Source of the DNA: Bacillota bacterium
GTDB lineage: Bacteria; Bacillota; Sulfobacillia; Fermentithermobacillales; Fermentithermobacillaceae
DNA: 64,000 nucleotides
Assembly (NCBI GenBank): GCA_040880305.1
Contig: JBBDIP010000049.1
Span: 12,676-76,675 of the forward strand
Reading direction: 5' to 3'
Shown here in pieces: positions 38,065 through 47,723 of this stretch. The notes below the pieces were generated by a model. That model worked only from the letters and a program-made list of their open reading frames with translations, was not told the origin of the DNA and searched no databases. The translations under genes were made by a program, and so were the position numbers. Position 1 is the first letter of the stretch. Each line of letters begins with the position of its first letter.

Positions 38065-38922
38065 CTAGGTGGCTCGGATCAGGTATCTCCTGGTCAGGTC
38101 CTCGGCCAGCGTAGCGCGGCCCTTGAAATGGCCGAGGAGCGCGAGGGCGGCTTCCAGAGCCTCTTTGGCTTCGAGGCAGGCCTCTTCCCGCGAAGTCTCC
38201 CTCGCCAGGGTGTCCTTGTCCTGCTCCTTCTGGCTTTGGTCATCGTCTTCGAGGTCGTCGAGCACTTGGAATGCGTAGCCGAACAGTGAACCCCATTCGC
38301 CGGCAGCGTCTTCCGTCTCCTGCGGAGCGCCGGCTAAGATGGCTCCTAGCCTGGCAGAGGCCTGGAAAAGCGCGCCGGTCTTAAGAGCGTACATCTTCCT
38401 CACCTTATCGGCGCCGCCGGGACTGCGTTCAAAGCCCAGGTCAAGAATCTGGCCTCCGACCATCCCGGACGGGCCGGCAGCTCTTGAGAGGGTCGCTAGG
38501 CCACGGACTACCCGGTCAGGCGGCAATGAAGGCGAGCGCGCAGCCACCTCGAAAGCCGCTGTGAGGAGCGCGTCACCGGCCAGCAACGCAGTCGAATAGC
38601 CGAACTTTTTGTGGCAGGAGGGTTTGCCGCGGCGAAAGTCATCGTCGTCCATGCAAGGGAGGTCGTCGTGGACAAGGGAGTAGGCCTGGATCATCTCGAG
38701 CGCAGCGGCAAAATCCAGGGCTTCTTCGGCCTGCCCGCCCAGGGCTTCGAAGAAACACAGCAAGATGGAGCCTCTCAGCCGCTTCCCGCCTTCGAGGGCG
38801 TAGGCGCAGGCGTCCCGCAAGACCTCGCCACACTGGAATTCTGCAGGTACCGCCTGCACATGGCGGTCGACAAGCGCCTTGTACCGCTCAAGCGTGTCTT
38901 GTGACAACGCCTTTCCTCCCAA
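38065..38922 (-). CDS. ispA: farnesyl/geranylgeranyl diphosphate synthase
   Basis: First DDxxD region LVHDDLPCMDDDDFRRGKPSCH and second FQVLDDLED. Confidence 0.9.
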   Translation of the reverse strand: MGGKALSQDTLERYKALVDRHVQAVPAEFQCGEVLRDACAYALEGGKRLRGSILLCFFEALGGQAEEALDFAAALEMIQAYSLVHDDLPCMDDDDFRRGKPSCHKKFGYSTALLAGDALLTAAFEVAARSPSLPPDRVVRGLATLSRAAGPSGMVGGQILDLGFERSPGGADKVRKMYALKTGALFQASARLGAILAGAPQETEDAAGEWGSLFGYAFQVLDDLEDDDQSQKEQDKDTLARETSREEACLEAKEALEAALALLGHFKGRATLAEDLTRRYLIRAT

Positions 38923-38929
38923 CGCCGTT

Positions 38930-39145
38930 CTATTCCTTCGGCTGGTCTTCGGTGGGGTTCAGGATCTCCTTGACCTTGCGCTCCGCGCGGTCCAGGACTC
39001 TCTCCAACTGCCTCGCCAGGCTTATTCCTTCCTCAAACTTGCGAAGGGAATCCTCCAGCGAGAGTTCGCCGCTCTCCAGCGACTTGACGGTCTCCTCAAG
39101 CTTCTTCAGAGCCTTAGCGAACTCGAGGTCTTTGGCGGCCATCAC
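38930..39145 (-). CDS. xseB: exodeoxyribonuclease VII small subunit
   Basis: 71 aa, ..FAKALKKLEETVKSLESGELSLEDSLRKFEEGISLARQ.. Confidence 0.9.
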   Translation of the reverse strand: MMAAKDLEFAKALKKLEETVKSLESGELSLEDSLRKFEEGISLARQLERVLDRAERKVKEILNPTEDQPKE

Positions 39146-40374
39146 TTTCCCTCCTCAGGGGGTCTTGAGTCTTCGACCAGGCAACGCAACGAGCCCCTAA
39201 ACAATGACACGTCCAACCGGGTGCCGGCCGGCGCATCCTTGTGGTCGCGAACTATCGCACCGTCCTCTGCCCTGCGGGCCAGGCTGAACCCTCTTGAGAG
39301 GATCTGTAGCGGGCTCAGGGCGTCAAGTGAGGACGCGACGTTGGCAAGCCCTGCGCGCGCCCTTTCCAGTAGTGCCTGGACGGCGTCTTCCAGGTCTTCG
39401 CGCAGGCGGACCAAAGACTCCCTGGATGACACCAAGAACCAGTCTGGCCGCTCCAGCGCGGGCCTTTGGCGCAGGAGGCTCAGGGTTTGACGCAGCCCGC
39501 CAATCAGCGTGTAGACCTGATTGCGCATTCCTTCCTCAAAGGACTGGACTTCCTGCCGCAGATCGATAGCATTTGGCACTACCATCTCCGCGGCCTGTGA
39601 GGGAGTGGCTGCCCTCGCGTCGGCGACCAAGTCGGCGACAGTGAAATCCCGCTCGTGTCCGACGGCCGAGACAACCGGTGCTCTGGACGAGTAGATGGCG
39701 CGGGCGACAACCTCGTCATTGAAGACCCAGAGGTCCTCCTGAGAGCCTCCTCCTCTACCGACCACGATGACGTCTACCTCCGGCAGTTCATTGAGGGTGC
39801 GGATCCCGCGGGCGATGTCCTTGGCGGCCCCATCGCCCTGGACTTTGGTGTCGGCTACCGCGAAAGCAACGCCTGGATAGCGACGCCGGCCAACCGAGAC
39901 TATGTCCTTTATCGCGGCGCCCCGGATCGAGGTGACCAGGCCGATGGTGCGCGGGAAGGCAGGGAGAGGGCGTTTGCGCTCCTCGGCGAATAGCCCCTCC
40001 GCCTCCAGCCTCTGTTTGAGTCTCTCCAGAGCGGCGTAGAGAGCTCCGAGGCCGGACGGCTCCATGTAGGTCGCGTAGACCTGGTAGACACCATCCCGCT
40101 CAAACACGGAGACGTTGCCCGCGACCAGGACTTCGGATCCATCAGTGGGGACAAAGGTGAGTCGCGCCGCGTCGGTCCTCCACATGACAGCCTTGACCGA
40201 GCACTTCTGGTCCTTGAGGGTGAAGTAAAGGTGCCCCTGATAGTTGCGGATATTGGCGATCTCGCCCCGGACCAGAACTTGCCGCAGGAGCTCGTCCTTC
40301 CAAAGGACGTCCTTGACGTAGGAGTTGAGCTGGCTGACTGTGAAGGCGCTATCGGATTGGAGCATCACGAGCAC
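39142..40374 (-). CDS. xseA: exodeoxyribonuclease VII large subunit
   Basis: OB-fold N-terminus ..FTVSQLNSYVKDVL....V.GEI.N.......GHLYFTLKD.., 4-nt overlap with xseB. Confidence 0.9.
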   Translation of the reverse strand: MLVMLQSDSAFTVSQLNSYVKDVLWKDELLRQVLVRGEIANIRNYQGHLYFTLKDQKCSVKAVMWRTDAARLTFVPTDGSEVLVAGNVSVFERDGVYQVYATYMEPSGLGALYAALERLKQRLEAEGLFAEERKRPLPAFPRTIGLVTSIRGAAIKDIVSVGRRRYPGVAFAVADTKVQGDGAAKDIARGIRTLNELPEVDVIVVGRGGGSQEDLWVFNDEVVARAIYSSRAPVVSAVGHERDFTVADLVADARAATPSQAAEMVVPNAIDLRQEVQSFEEGMRNQVYTLIGGLRQTLSLLRQRPALERPDWFLVSSRESLVRLREDLEDAVQALLERARAGLANVASSLDALSPLQILSRGFSLARRAEDGAIVRDHKDAPAGTRLDVSLFRGSLRCLVEDSRPPEEGK

Positions 40375-40398
40375 CCCCTCTCATCCCCAAAATTCCAA

Positions 40399-40427
40399 GG
40401 ATACCGGCCTTTGAGGGGCCGGTATCC
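40399..40427 (-). terminator. intrinsic terminator after nfnB
   Basis: Perfect 11-bp stem GGATACCGGCC-n7-GGCCGGTATCC, followed on the minus strand by TTGGAATTTTGGGG, 30 nt after the nfnB stop. Confidence 0.62.
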
Positions 40428-40457
40428 TATCATGACTTGGCGGGGGCCGTAGCCTTG

Positions 40458-41855
40458 CTAGGCCCAGGTCTCCTGGTTGCCGTTGAGGTACTCGTCGATG
40501 TCCTTGGCAGCCGCCTTGCCGGCGCCCATGGCCAGGATGACAGTGGCGGACCCGGTGACAGCGTCGCCGCCAGCCCAGACCCTGGATTTGGTGGTGCGGC
40601 CGGCCTCGGTGGCTCTGAGCCCGCCCCAATCCTGGGCATCCAAGCCAGGGGTGGTGGTCGGGAGGATCGGGTTCGGCGTAGTGCCGAGGGCCATGATCAC
40701 AATGTCGCAGTCCATGACGAACTCGGAGCCTGGGATGGCCACGGGACGCCTTCGCCCGGACTTGTCGGGCTCGCCCAGTTCCATCTTCACGCACTCAAGG
40801 CCGGTCACCCAGCCCTTTTCATCGCCGATCACGCGGATGGGGTTGGTCAGGAGATGCATCTCCACGCCTTCTTCCTCGGCGTTCTCCAACTCCTCCAGCC
40901 TTGCCGGCATCTCGGCGCGGCCCCTGCGGTACACGATGCATGCCTTTTCGGCGCCCAGCCTAAGGGCGCAACGTACCGAGTCCATCGCCACATTCCCTGC
41001 CCCAACGACCGCGACTCTCTTGCCGCGCTTCACGGGAGTGTCAAACTCGGGGAACAAGTAGGCCTTCATCAGGTTGATCCTGGTCAGCCACTCGTTGGCC
41101 GAGTAGACGCCGTTAAGGTTCTCGCCGGGGATGTGCATGAACATGGGGAGACCCGCGCCCGAACCGACGAAGACGGCCTGGTACCCATCGTCGAAGAGCT
41201 CGTCGATGGTGATGCTCCTGCCCACGACCACGTCGGTCTCGATCTCGACTCCCAGCTGCCGCACGTAGTCTACTTCACGCCTCACAACGTCCTTGGGCAG
41301 ACGAAACTCGGGTATGCCGTATATCAGCACGCCGCCCGCTGCGTGAAGCGACTCGAAGATTCTGACGCCGTAGCCCATCTTGGCCAGGTCGCCGGCGCAG
41401 GTAAGTCCCGCGGGGCCGGCGCCCACGACGGCCACTTTCTTGCCGTTGGTCTGTGGCTTTTCGACCTTGCTGCTTCCGTGCAGAGCTTCCCAGTCGGCCG
41501 CGAACCGCTCGAGGCGGCCGACGGCGATGGGCTGGCCGGTCCTGAATAGGACGCACTTGATCTCGCACTGGTGTTCCTGGGGGCAGACCCTTCCGCAGAC
41601 GGCGGGCAGGTTGTTGGTCTCTTTGATGGTGTCTATGGCTGATTGAAAGTTCCTATCCTTAAGGTACTTGATGAAGTTGGGAATCTTGACTGCGACAGGG
41701 CATCCCGTCATGCAGAGCGGATTCTTGCACTGGAGGCAACGGGCGGCCTCTCCGATAGCCATTTCTTCAGTGTATCCCTGCGCGACTTGTTCGAAGTTGG
41801 TAGCCCTTTCCTTGGGGTCCTGCATGGGCATTGCTGTCCTTTGCTTGACGGGCAT
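40458..41855 (-). CDS. nfnB: NfnB / glutamate-synthase small-chain-like NADPH-dependent FAD oxidoreductase
   Basis: N-terminal Cys clusters (CLQCKNPLCMTGCP, CGRVCP..C), Rossmann motifs VAVVGAGPAG and VAVVGAGNVAMD. Paired with a PyrK-like subunit. Confidence 0.82.
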   Translation of the reverse strand: MPVKQRTAMPMQDPKERATNFEQVAQGYTEEMAIGEAARCLQCKNPLCMTGCPVAVKIPNFIKYLKDRNFQSAIDTIKETNNLPAVCGRVCPQEHQCEIKCVLFRTGQPIAVGRLERFAADWEALHGSSKVEKPQTNGKKVAVVGAGPAGLTCAGDLAKMGYGVRIFESLHAAGGVLIYGIPEFRLPKDVVRREVDYVRQLGVEIETDVVVGRSITIDELFDDGYQAVFVGSGAGLPMFMHIPGENLNGVYSANEWLTRINLMKAYLFPEFDTPVKRGKRVAVVGAGNVAMDSVRCALRLGAEKACIVYRRGRAEMPARLEELENAEEEGVEMHLLTNPIRVIGDEKGWVTGLECVKMELGEPDKSGRRRPVAIPGSEFVMDCDIVIMALGTTPNPILPTTTPGLDAQDWGGLRATEAGRTTKSRVWAGGDAVTGSATVILAMGAGKAAAKDIDEYLNGNQETWA

Positions 41856-42691
41856 TAGTTGTCACCTCCACAGCTGGCGCAGCGCTCGTTGGCGATCTTC
41901 TCTTCGTCCCGGTACAAATTGGCCCGGCGCCACGCCTCCTGCCAGTCGACCTCATGTCCGTCGAACATGGGACCGTCAACGCAGCAAAACTTGGTCTTGC
42001 CGCCCACCGTGACGCGGCACGCGCCGCACATCCCGGTGCCGTCGACCATGATGGGGTTCATCGAAACCCAGGTCTTCAGCCCAAAAGGTTTGGTAACGTC
42101 GCAGACGGCCCTCATGGCGGGCATGGGCCCTATTGTGACGACCTCATCGACCTTTAGACCTTTCTCTATGAGCTCCTTGAGCTGGTTGGAAATATACCCG
42201 TGAAAACCGCGGCTGCCGTCGTCGGTGCAGATGAACACAGCATCTGAGCAGGCGCGCATTTGGTCTTCAAGGATGATGAGATCCTTGGAGCGGGCGCCTA
42301 TGATTGAGATGACCTTGACTCCCCGCCTGTGCAATTCCTTGGCTTTGGGGAGGCAAGGAGCGACTCCGACTCCGCCGCCCGCGATCACGACGATGCCTTT
42401 TTCGGGCAGCTCTGCCGGGACACCCAGCGGTCCCACCAAGTTGAGGATGCAATCGCCGGCTTCGAGGCTGCCAAGAAGCCGTGTGCTGAACCCGACCTCC
42501 TGGAAGACCAGCGTGATGGTGCCATTCTCCCGGTCGTAGTCGGCGAGGGTGAGAGGTATGCGCTCACCCTCCTCGCGGACGCGCAGGATAATGAACTGCC
42601 CAGGCTGGGCCTTGGCTGCCACGTAGGGGTTTCTTACGACGATCAGTTTGGTGACGGGGGTAAGGACCTGCTTCACGAGAATGTCGTTCAT
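41855..42691 (-). CDS. nfnA: NfnA / PyrK-like FAD and [2Fe-2S] subunit
   Basis: Track ORF trimmed to Met36 (MNDILVKQVL..), downstream of the nusB stop. RIPLTLADY FAD motif, C-terminal GTGMCGACRV cluster motif. Confidence 0.8.
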   Translation of the reverse strand: MNDILVKQVLTPVTKLIVVRNPYVAAKAQPGQFIILRVREEGERIPLTLADYDRENGTITLVFQEVGFSTRLLGSLEAGDCILNLVGPLGVPAELPEKGIVVIAGGGVGVAPCLPKAKELHRRGVKVISIIGARSKDLIILEDQMRACSDAVFICTDDGSRGFHGYISNQLKELIEKGLKVDEVVTIGPMPAMRAVCDVTKPFGLKTWVSMNPIMVDGTGMCGACRVTVGGKTKFCCVDGPMFDGHEVDWQEAWRRANLYRDEEKIANERCASCGGDN

Positions 42692-42770
42692 CCCATCTAT
42701 CCTCCAGTTTCTTTTTAGAGAGCACCGCCGCGAGATTGCTTGTCCAAGAGATACGGCGACACGTTTAATT

Positions 42771-43214
42771 TTACTCTTCTGAGGCTTTCTTGGCATGCCC
42801 CATTTCGCGGAAGACTGCTACTAGCACCCCGTTGACGAACCTCGGCGACGCGTGGGTGGAGAACTCCTTTGAGAGCTCCAGAGCCTCGTCGATCACGACT
42901 TCGTCAGGGGTCTTACCGAGGTAGATAGCCTCGGCCACCGCCAGCCTGAGTATGGAAAGGTCCACCCGGGGCATCCGGGGCAGGGGCCACCCTTGCGAGG
43001 CCTTAGCGAGGAGAGGATCTATCTCGCCCGCATGGGCGACCGCGGAGAGGAAAAGCTCCTTGGCGTAGTCAAAACGGGCGCTCCCCTCGAAGTAGCTCTC
43101 GACGACCTGGGCAAACACCACGTCAGGGGCGTCTTTGGAAATCTCCCAACAAAAAAGCGCCGATAGCGCCAGTATTCTGGCGTCGTGCCGTCTCATCTGC
43201 CCTGTTGTGATCAA
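42771..43214 (-). CDS. nusB: transcription antitermination factor NusB
   Basis: ..RILALSALF..E.., ..VDLSILRLAVAE.., ..EALELSKEF....PRFVNGVL.. Confidence 0.9.
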   Translation of the reverse strand: MITTGQMRRHDARILALSALFCWEISKDAPDVVFAQVVESYFEGSARFDYAKELFLSAVAHAGEIDPLLAKASQGWPLPRMPRVDLSILRLAVAEAIYLGKTPDEVVIDEALELSKEFSTHASPRFVNGVLVAVFREMGHAKKASEE

Positions 43215-43456
43215 TGGAAATCGGGTCTTCCAGGAAGCTTCTCCTCCAGGAATTCCCTCAGGCCCTTCCCTTCGTCATCCATCCACTTGCCTATAGAATA
43301 CCCAATTGTCGTAAGCAAAGAGACCACCAGCGTCCTCCACAGCCCCAACCAGATCAGGCACACGCCCATGAGCAACCCCACGGTGGTGCCCAGCAGCCGT
43401 CCGGGGTGCTCCCGGAGGGTGCGGAGGATCCTGTCCCAGAAACCTTCCTGATCCAC
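43211..43456 (-). CDS. DUF2273 small membrane protein
   Basis: 81 aa, two TM segments, in its conserved position after asp23-amaP. Confidence 0.7.
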   Translation of the reverse strand: MDQEGFWDRILRTLREHPGRLLGTTVGLLMGVCLIWLGLWRTLVVSLLTTIGYSIGKWMDDEGKGLREFLEEKLPGRPDFH

Positions 43457-43468
43457 TTCCGTCTCCCC

Positions 43469-44008
43469 CTAACGCCGGCCTTCCAGCGAGATGTCTGAGA
43501 CCGACACCCTCACCGAATCAACAGTCACACCCACAATGTCGTGGACGTAGGAAGACGTGGCTTTTTGCACTTTGTCAGCAAGATCCGGCAGGTTGGCGTC
43601 CGACGCGACTTTTAGGTCAAGCGCCACCTGAATGCCTGTCCCCAACGAGTTCAGCTGGACGTGGGTGCGGACTTCCCTCACTCCCGGCGTTCTGGAAGCT
43701 ACGCGGGTGACCAGGCTCTTCACCGCGACCAGCGAGATGTTGACCTCGCCCATCCCGGTATTGTGGACCACTGCCTGGGCGGGCGCTCTCTTGAAACCGT
43801 AGTAGATGAAGCGGAGTCCGGCTAAGAAAATGAGGCCTGAGACGATACCGGTGGCTGTCCGCCCCGAGGGCATCCTGAGCGTGTCAATGATCAGGTCCAC
43901 TGGGGCGTTCCATCCAAAAGAGGTAAGAACCACCATGAAGGAGACCACGGTGAGGGCCAACGCATAGAGGCTTAGGACCACTCTATCGACGATTCCCAAG
44001 AAAACCAC
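43469..44008 (-). CDS. alkaline-shock-response membrane anchor protein AmaP-like
   Basis: 179 aa, N-terminal TM segments, immediately downstream of the Asp23 gene. Confidence 0.7.
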   Translation of the reverse strand: MVFLGIVDRVVLSLYALALTVVSFMVVLTSFGWNAPVDLIIDTLRMPSGRTATGIVSGLIFLAGLRFIYYGFKRAPAQAVVHNTGMGEVNISLVAVKSLVTRVASRTPGVREVRTHVQLNSLGTGIQVALDLKVASDANLPDLADKVQKATSSYVHDIVGVTVDSVRVSVSDISLEGRR

Positions 44009-44012
44009 CCCG

Positions 44013-44396
44013 CTAAGAGTTTTGGTCGGATTCAGGCTTCGCCGCGTCTTGGAACGTCACGCCTTGGATGTGGATGTTGACCTGCGAAACCTTCAAATCG
44101 GTCATGCCCTCCACGGATTTCTTGACGCTCTCCTGCACTTTGAAGGCCAACTCAGGGATTCTGGCGCCGTACTTGACTGCTAGGTAGAGATCCAGCGTGA
44201 CGTCCTTATCGGCGGACGCGACTCTGACTCCTTTGGCGGTGTACTTCCTGCCCAGGATGGCCCCTCCGATGTCGCCCACGATATTCCCTGCCATTGCGGC
44301 GACTCCTTGGACCTGGGATGCAGCTACGCTGGCTATTGCAGCAATGACGTCGTCGGATATCTTGACTTCCGAGCTCCCCGGGGTGTCTTCCGGCAC
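44013..44396 (-). CDS. Asp23/Gls24-family stress protein
   Basis: ..KISDDVIAAIASVAA..V.GV.., ..GVRV......V.LDLYL.V.YG..IPE.A..VQE.V...VE.MT.L.V..VN.. Confidence 0.88.
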   Translation of the reverse strand: MPEDTPGSSEVKISDDVIAAIASVAASQVQGVAAMAGNIVGDIGGAILGRKYTAKGVRVASADKDVTLDLYLAVKYGARIPELAFKVQESVKKSVEGMTDLKVSQVNIHIQGVTFQDAAKPESDQNS

Positions 44397-44524
44397 TATT
44401 TGGCCTCCTTGGAAAACCTTACGTTAACCATTATACAGATGGTTCCCAGGCAAACACAATGTCCACGGGGCGGAGGGTAGCCGGCTCCCGTGGGCATCGT
44501 GGATCGTGGGCGGTCACGACACGG

Positions 44525-45070
44525 TCAGGATGCCGGGATGACCGTGATCTTCTCCAAACTCAGGCGGGTGACCCTGCGCACGGTATCACCTATCTGCGCA
44601 ACGGCCTTCTCATCCATGGACGAGGACCTAACAACCACCGTGCACGCGTCGGACGACAGGAACGCAACGCTCTCGAAGCCCCGCGCCTTGAGCAGCCCCT
44701 CAATCTTGAGCTCCTTACCCATGGCGTCGACGATGGCCAGGTACTGCGCTCTGGCAGCGTCGCGCACATCCTTGCCGGCCTCCGTGTCGTCCATGACATG
44801 TTTCAGCATATCTACCTGCTCTTTTTCCGTCTTCTCCCGGTCCAGTTTGAACTCTATGAGGAAGTCCTCACCCGCTGTCGTGGCGCCTGCCCCCGTAGCG
44901 GCGGGGACTGAATCGGCTATCCCGGACAGCACCATGGCGAAATCCTGCCACTTGGATATCACGTAGACCGCGAGAGCGGATACCAGCAAAACGAAGCACA
45001 GCAGACGCCACGACCGCAAAGGCCGGGCGTTAGGGGGAGCAGGTCTTTGCGCAAAGCCGGTGAGCTTCAT
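44525..45070 (-). CDS. spoIIIAH: stage III sporulation protein AH
   Basis: N-terminal TM, C-terminal ..IEGLLKARGFESVAFL.....VVV......EKAVAQIGD.V..VT.L..EKITVIP, as in SpoIIIAH. Confidence 0.78.
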   Translation of the reverse strand: MKLTGFAQRPAPPNARPLRSWRLLCFVLLVSALAVYVISKWQDFAMVLSGIADSVPAATGAGATTAGEDFLIEFKLDREKTEKEQVDMLKHVMDDTEAGKDVRDAARAQYLAIVDAMGKELKIEGLLKARGFESVAFLSSDACTVVVRSSSMDEKAVAQIGDTVRRVTRLSLEKITVIPAS

Positions 45071-45071
45071 C

Positions 45072-45620
45072 TCACCGTCCTCCTTTCATGGGTTCGACCT
45101 GGATTTTGTACATGGGTAGGTTCAAGAGCGTCTCAACCGCGCGGTAGATGTCCTGCTTGATCCGGGAGGACGACGCTCCTTCGGCGACCACGAGACACCC
45201 GCCCACCTTGACCGGGGCGACCCTCTCAACAAGCGGGGAATCCGCGGTGCCGAACCGGCCCGTAACAGGCTGCGACGACTCGCTTTCGGTCGTGTTCTCC
45301 CTGGTTTCACCCGTCGCCGTGGTCTCGACTGAGGAAGTCCTGGACTTGGTCACGTTACGGGCGTAGACGCTCTCGGGACCCATCTCCAATATGACCTTGA
45401 CCTGGACCTTGCCGACACCCTTCACAGCCGCGAGAGCTTCTTCGACCGCCTCGGATACCGCTTTCTCCTGCTCGGCCAGGCTGCCTCCCGTGAATTGCCC
45501 GGATTCCTGAGCAGGCTTGGGGTTCCCGTAAAACGTGCCAACCAGGAGGAGCGCGATCCCCAACGCCCCCAGGGCTGCTATCTTGAGGTATTGGGACTTC
45601 ATTAGACCCGACAGACTCAT
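45072..45620 (-). CDS. spoIIIAG: stage III sporulation protein AG
   Basis: Track ORF trimmed to Met158 (MSLSGLMKS.., GGAGGTG 7 nt upstream). C-terminus ..VGGCLVVAEGASSSRIKQDIYRAVETLLNLPMYKIQV.. Confidence 0.82.
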   Translation of the reverse strand: MSLSGLMKSQYLKIAALGALGIALLLVGTFYGNPKPAQESGQFTGGSLAEQEKAVSEAVEEALAAVKGVGKVQVKVILEMGPESVYARNVTKSRTSSVETTATGETRENTTESESSQPVTGRFGTADSPLVERVAPVKVGGCLVVAEGASSSRIKQDIYRAVETLLNLPMYKIQVEPMKGGR

Positions 45621-45646
45621 GGCCCTCACCTCCGACTCTCCTTGTT

Positions 45647-46108
45647 TCACTTGCCGACCACCACCCGGAGCCTGTCTTCTTGGATGCCCAGGTAAGCGGA
45701 AAGGCTCTCCACGAACGCGTGGAGCCGCTCCTCCTCCGGCTGCGATTTGAGGCGGACGAGCACCTCGGCCAGGGAAAACCCGGCGTCTTTGGTGGTCACC
45801 GAAACGGACTCGACGATTAGCCCGGCCTTCTGCCCGATCTCGGTGACGCGGCGCGCGGTCTCCTCGGCGTAGAACTTCCCCAGTGAGAACTGAACTGCAG
45901 CTGTCGCGCCGGAGTCCGGCTGCATCAGGGCCGCCCTTGTCCCGGCAGACAAAAGACCGCCCAGCGGAGCCACGACGCAAAGCAGGAGCAGCATCTCGGC
46001 AACGAAGCGAGACTGCTTCTGCATTGATTTGGGGACGATGAGGAGAACCGTCGACGAGAAGATTGCCAGCAAGAAGATAGCCCTTGCCCAAACCTTCAGT
46101 GCCTCCAC
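45647..46108 (-). CDS. spoIIIAF: stage III sporulation protein AF
   Basis: Track ORF trimmed to GTG at 46108 (VEALKVWARAIFLLAIF..), preceded by GGGAGG at 7-nt spacing. TM N-terminus typical of SpoIIIAF. Confidence 0.75.
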   Translation of the reverse strand: MEALKVWARAIFLLAIFSSTVLLIVPKSMQKQSRFVAEMLLLLCVVAPLGGLLSAGTRAALMQPDSGATAAVQFSLGKFYAEETARRVTEIGQKAGLIVESVSVTTKDAGFSLAEVLVRLKSQPEEERLHAFVESLSAYLGIQEDRLRVVVGK

Positions 46109-46122
46109 GTTACCGCCTCCCG

Positions 46123-47319
46123 TCAGAACGGCCTCACAGCATGCGCCACCAGCGACAAGCAGATGACGAAACAGAAACTGGTCACGAACAGGGCCGTGGC
46201 CACAGTCGCGACCCCATCCGACATGGACTTCAGCGACTTGCGTACATTGGCGCCGCACAAGGGGCCCAGCACGGCGGCCGACACCTTCCACACCGCAAGG
46301 CAGGAAAGCACCTGCAGGAAAGGCGAGAACACGCCTGCCAGCAGGGCGATGCTACCTATTATCCCTAGAGCCGCCCGCAGGCTGTAGGCAGACACGAAGA
46401 ACATGTCCATCGTGTCGCCTATGGGCTTGCCGATCAGGGGGATGAAAGTGGAGGTCATGTACTTGGCGGTCCTAAAAGCCATGCCGTCGGCTAGCCCGGT
46501 CGCAGCCTTTTGCCCCACCACGGCCCCGACGAAACAGGCCATCAGAACCCCCGTACCCAGGAACGCTACCTGGCGCAGCATAGTGGCGATCCCCGAGGCC
46601 CTCTCGGCGTCGGTCAGATTCCCCGCCAGGTCCAGCGCTACCGACGTGTATATCATTGGGAACGCCACGTCGACCACAAAGACCGACACCAGCGTGCCCA
46701 TGCCGAAGACAAGGGGATGGAGCACGGACGCGGTGATAGGAGCGCCCGACACCAGCGATAGGCTGGTGAGCGCGGGGATGAAGGCGAAAAACGCCGTCCG
46801 GACCGTGTCCAGAGCGCCCCGCGCTATTTGCAGGACTTCGTTGAAAGACATTATGGCCAGTGCTATCAGCGCAAGGTGGGACGCCCACAGCGCGATCTTG
46901 CTGGATCCGCCGGGGGCGATGGTCTCGGTGAGCACCTCAAGGCAGGCCATGACCACGCCAATCAGCATGATCCGTCCCAGCACTTTGGAGTTCACCAGCA
47001 GGTCAGCCGCCACGGACCTCCCGAAAGCCCCCGCGAGGGCGCGGAAGTCGAGGCCCTTCCCGGTGAAGATGCCTGTGAGTATATCGCGCCAGGACACTTC
47101 GCTGCCGCCGGATATCCGGCTGAATATGTCGTCGATGGGTTGGATCACTCCTGAATCCTCAAGCCTCTTGAGTGGGGCTTCGGTGAGACTGGATTCATCA
47201 GGACTCGCAGAAGGAGCTGCGAAAATTGCGCCATCTGCCAGGAGCGCGAGCACGGCAAAAGCGGTCATAGCGGCCAGGAAAACCCTGCGCGTAGCGGCCG
47301 TCCGGCGCCTCACTCGCAT
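46123..47319 (-). CDS. spoIIIAE: stage III sporulation protein AE
   Basis: 398-aa polytopic protein with signal sequence. Typical size and operon position. Confidence 0.87.
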   Translation of the reverse strand: MRVRRRTAATRRVFLAAMTAFAVLALLADGAIFAAPSASPDESSLTEAPLKRLEDSGVIQPIDDIFSRISGGSEVSWRDILTGIFTGKGLDFRALAGAFGRSVAADLLVNSKVLGRIMLIGVVMACLEVLTETIAPGGSSKIALWASHLALIALAIMSFNEVLQIARGALDTVRTAFFAFIPALTSLSLVSGAPITASVLHPLVFGMGTLVSVFVVDVAFPMIYTSVALDLAGNLTDAERASGIATMLRQVAFLGTGVLMACFVGAVVGQKAATGLADGMAFRTAKYMTSTFIPLIGKPIGDTMDMFFVSAYSLRAALGIIGSIALLAGVFSPFLQVLSCLAVWKVSAAVLGPLCGANVRKSLKSMSDGVATVATALFVTSFCFVICLSLVAHAVRPF

Positions 47320-47326
47320 CCCCCTC

Positions 47327-47722
47327 CTAGACCAACAGCGACCTTATGACGTTCAGAACCTCTTGCACTATGGGCAGCGCCGACACAAGTATCAGGACCT
47401 TCCCCGCCATCTCGACCCGGGTCGCGATGAGTTCCTCACCTGCGTCCCGGCAGATGGCTGCGCCGAAGTCGGCGACGTACGAGATCGCCAGCACCTTCAG
47501 GATGATCCCGAAGTAAAGGGGCTCCAGCCCGGACTCAGATGCCATGGTGCCGAACACTGACACGACCGAGGATATCCTGGGCAGAATCAGGAAGAACAAA
47601 AGGAGTCCCGACACCAGCGTGGCGCCAAGCGCCATCTCAGGCCTTTCCTTACGTAGCAGCAGGAGGATCAGGCTGGCGACGATGCCGAAGCCGGCGATCT
47701 GGAAGATATCCACTACCGGCAC
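47327..47722 (-). CDS. spoIIIAD: stage III sporulation protein AD
   Basis: 131-aa membrane protein. Operon position. Confidence 0.85.
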   Translation of the reverse strand: MPVVDIFQIAGFGIVASLILLLLRKERPEMALGATLVSGLLLFFLILPRISSVVSVFGTMASESGLEPLYFGIILKVLAISYVADFGAAICRDAGEELIATRVEMAGKVLILVSALPIVQEVLNVIRSLLV

Positions 47723-47723
47723 C

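Noticed and set aside
45621-46291. Long R/P/G-rich N-terminal extensions of track ORFs (SpoIIIAG and SpoIIIAF here; also the LigD ligase, OFOR beta and gamma, BkdR-like, NfnA, SpmA, Dxs and Ptb ORFs)
   Set aside because: The extensions overlap the upstream gene and have non-protein-like composition. Internal starts with Shine-Dalgarno sequences give normal-length proteins, so these features were trimmed.
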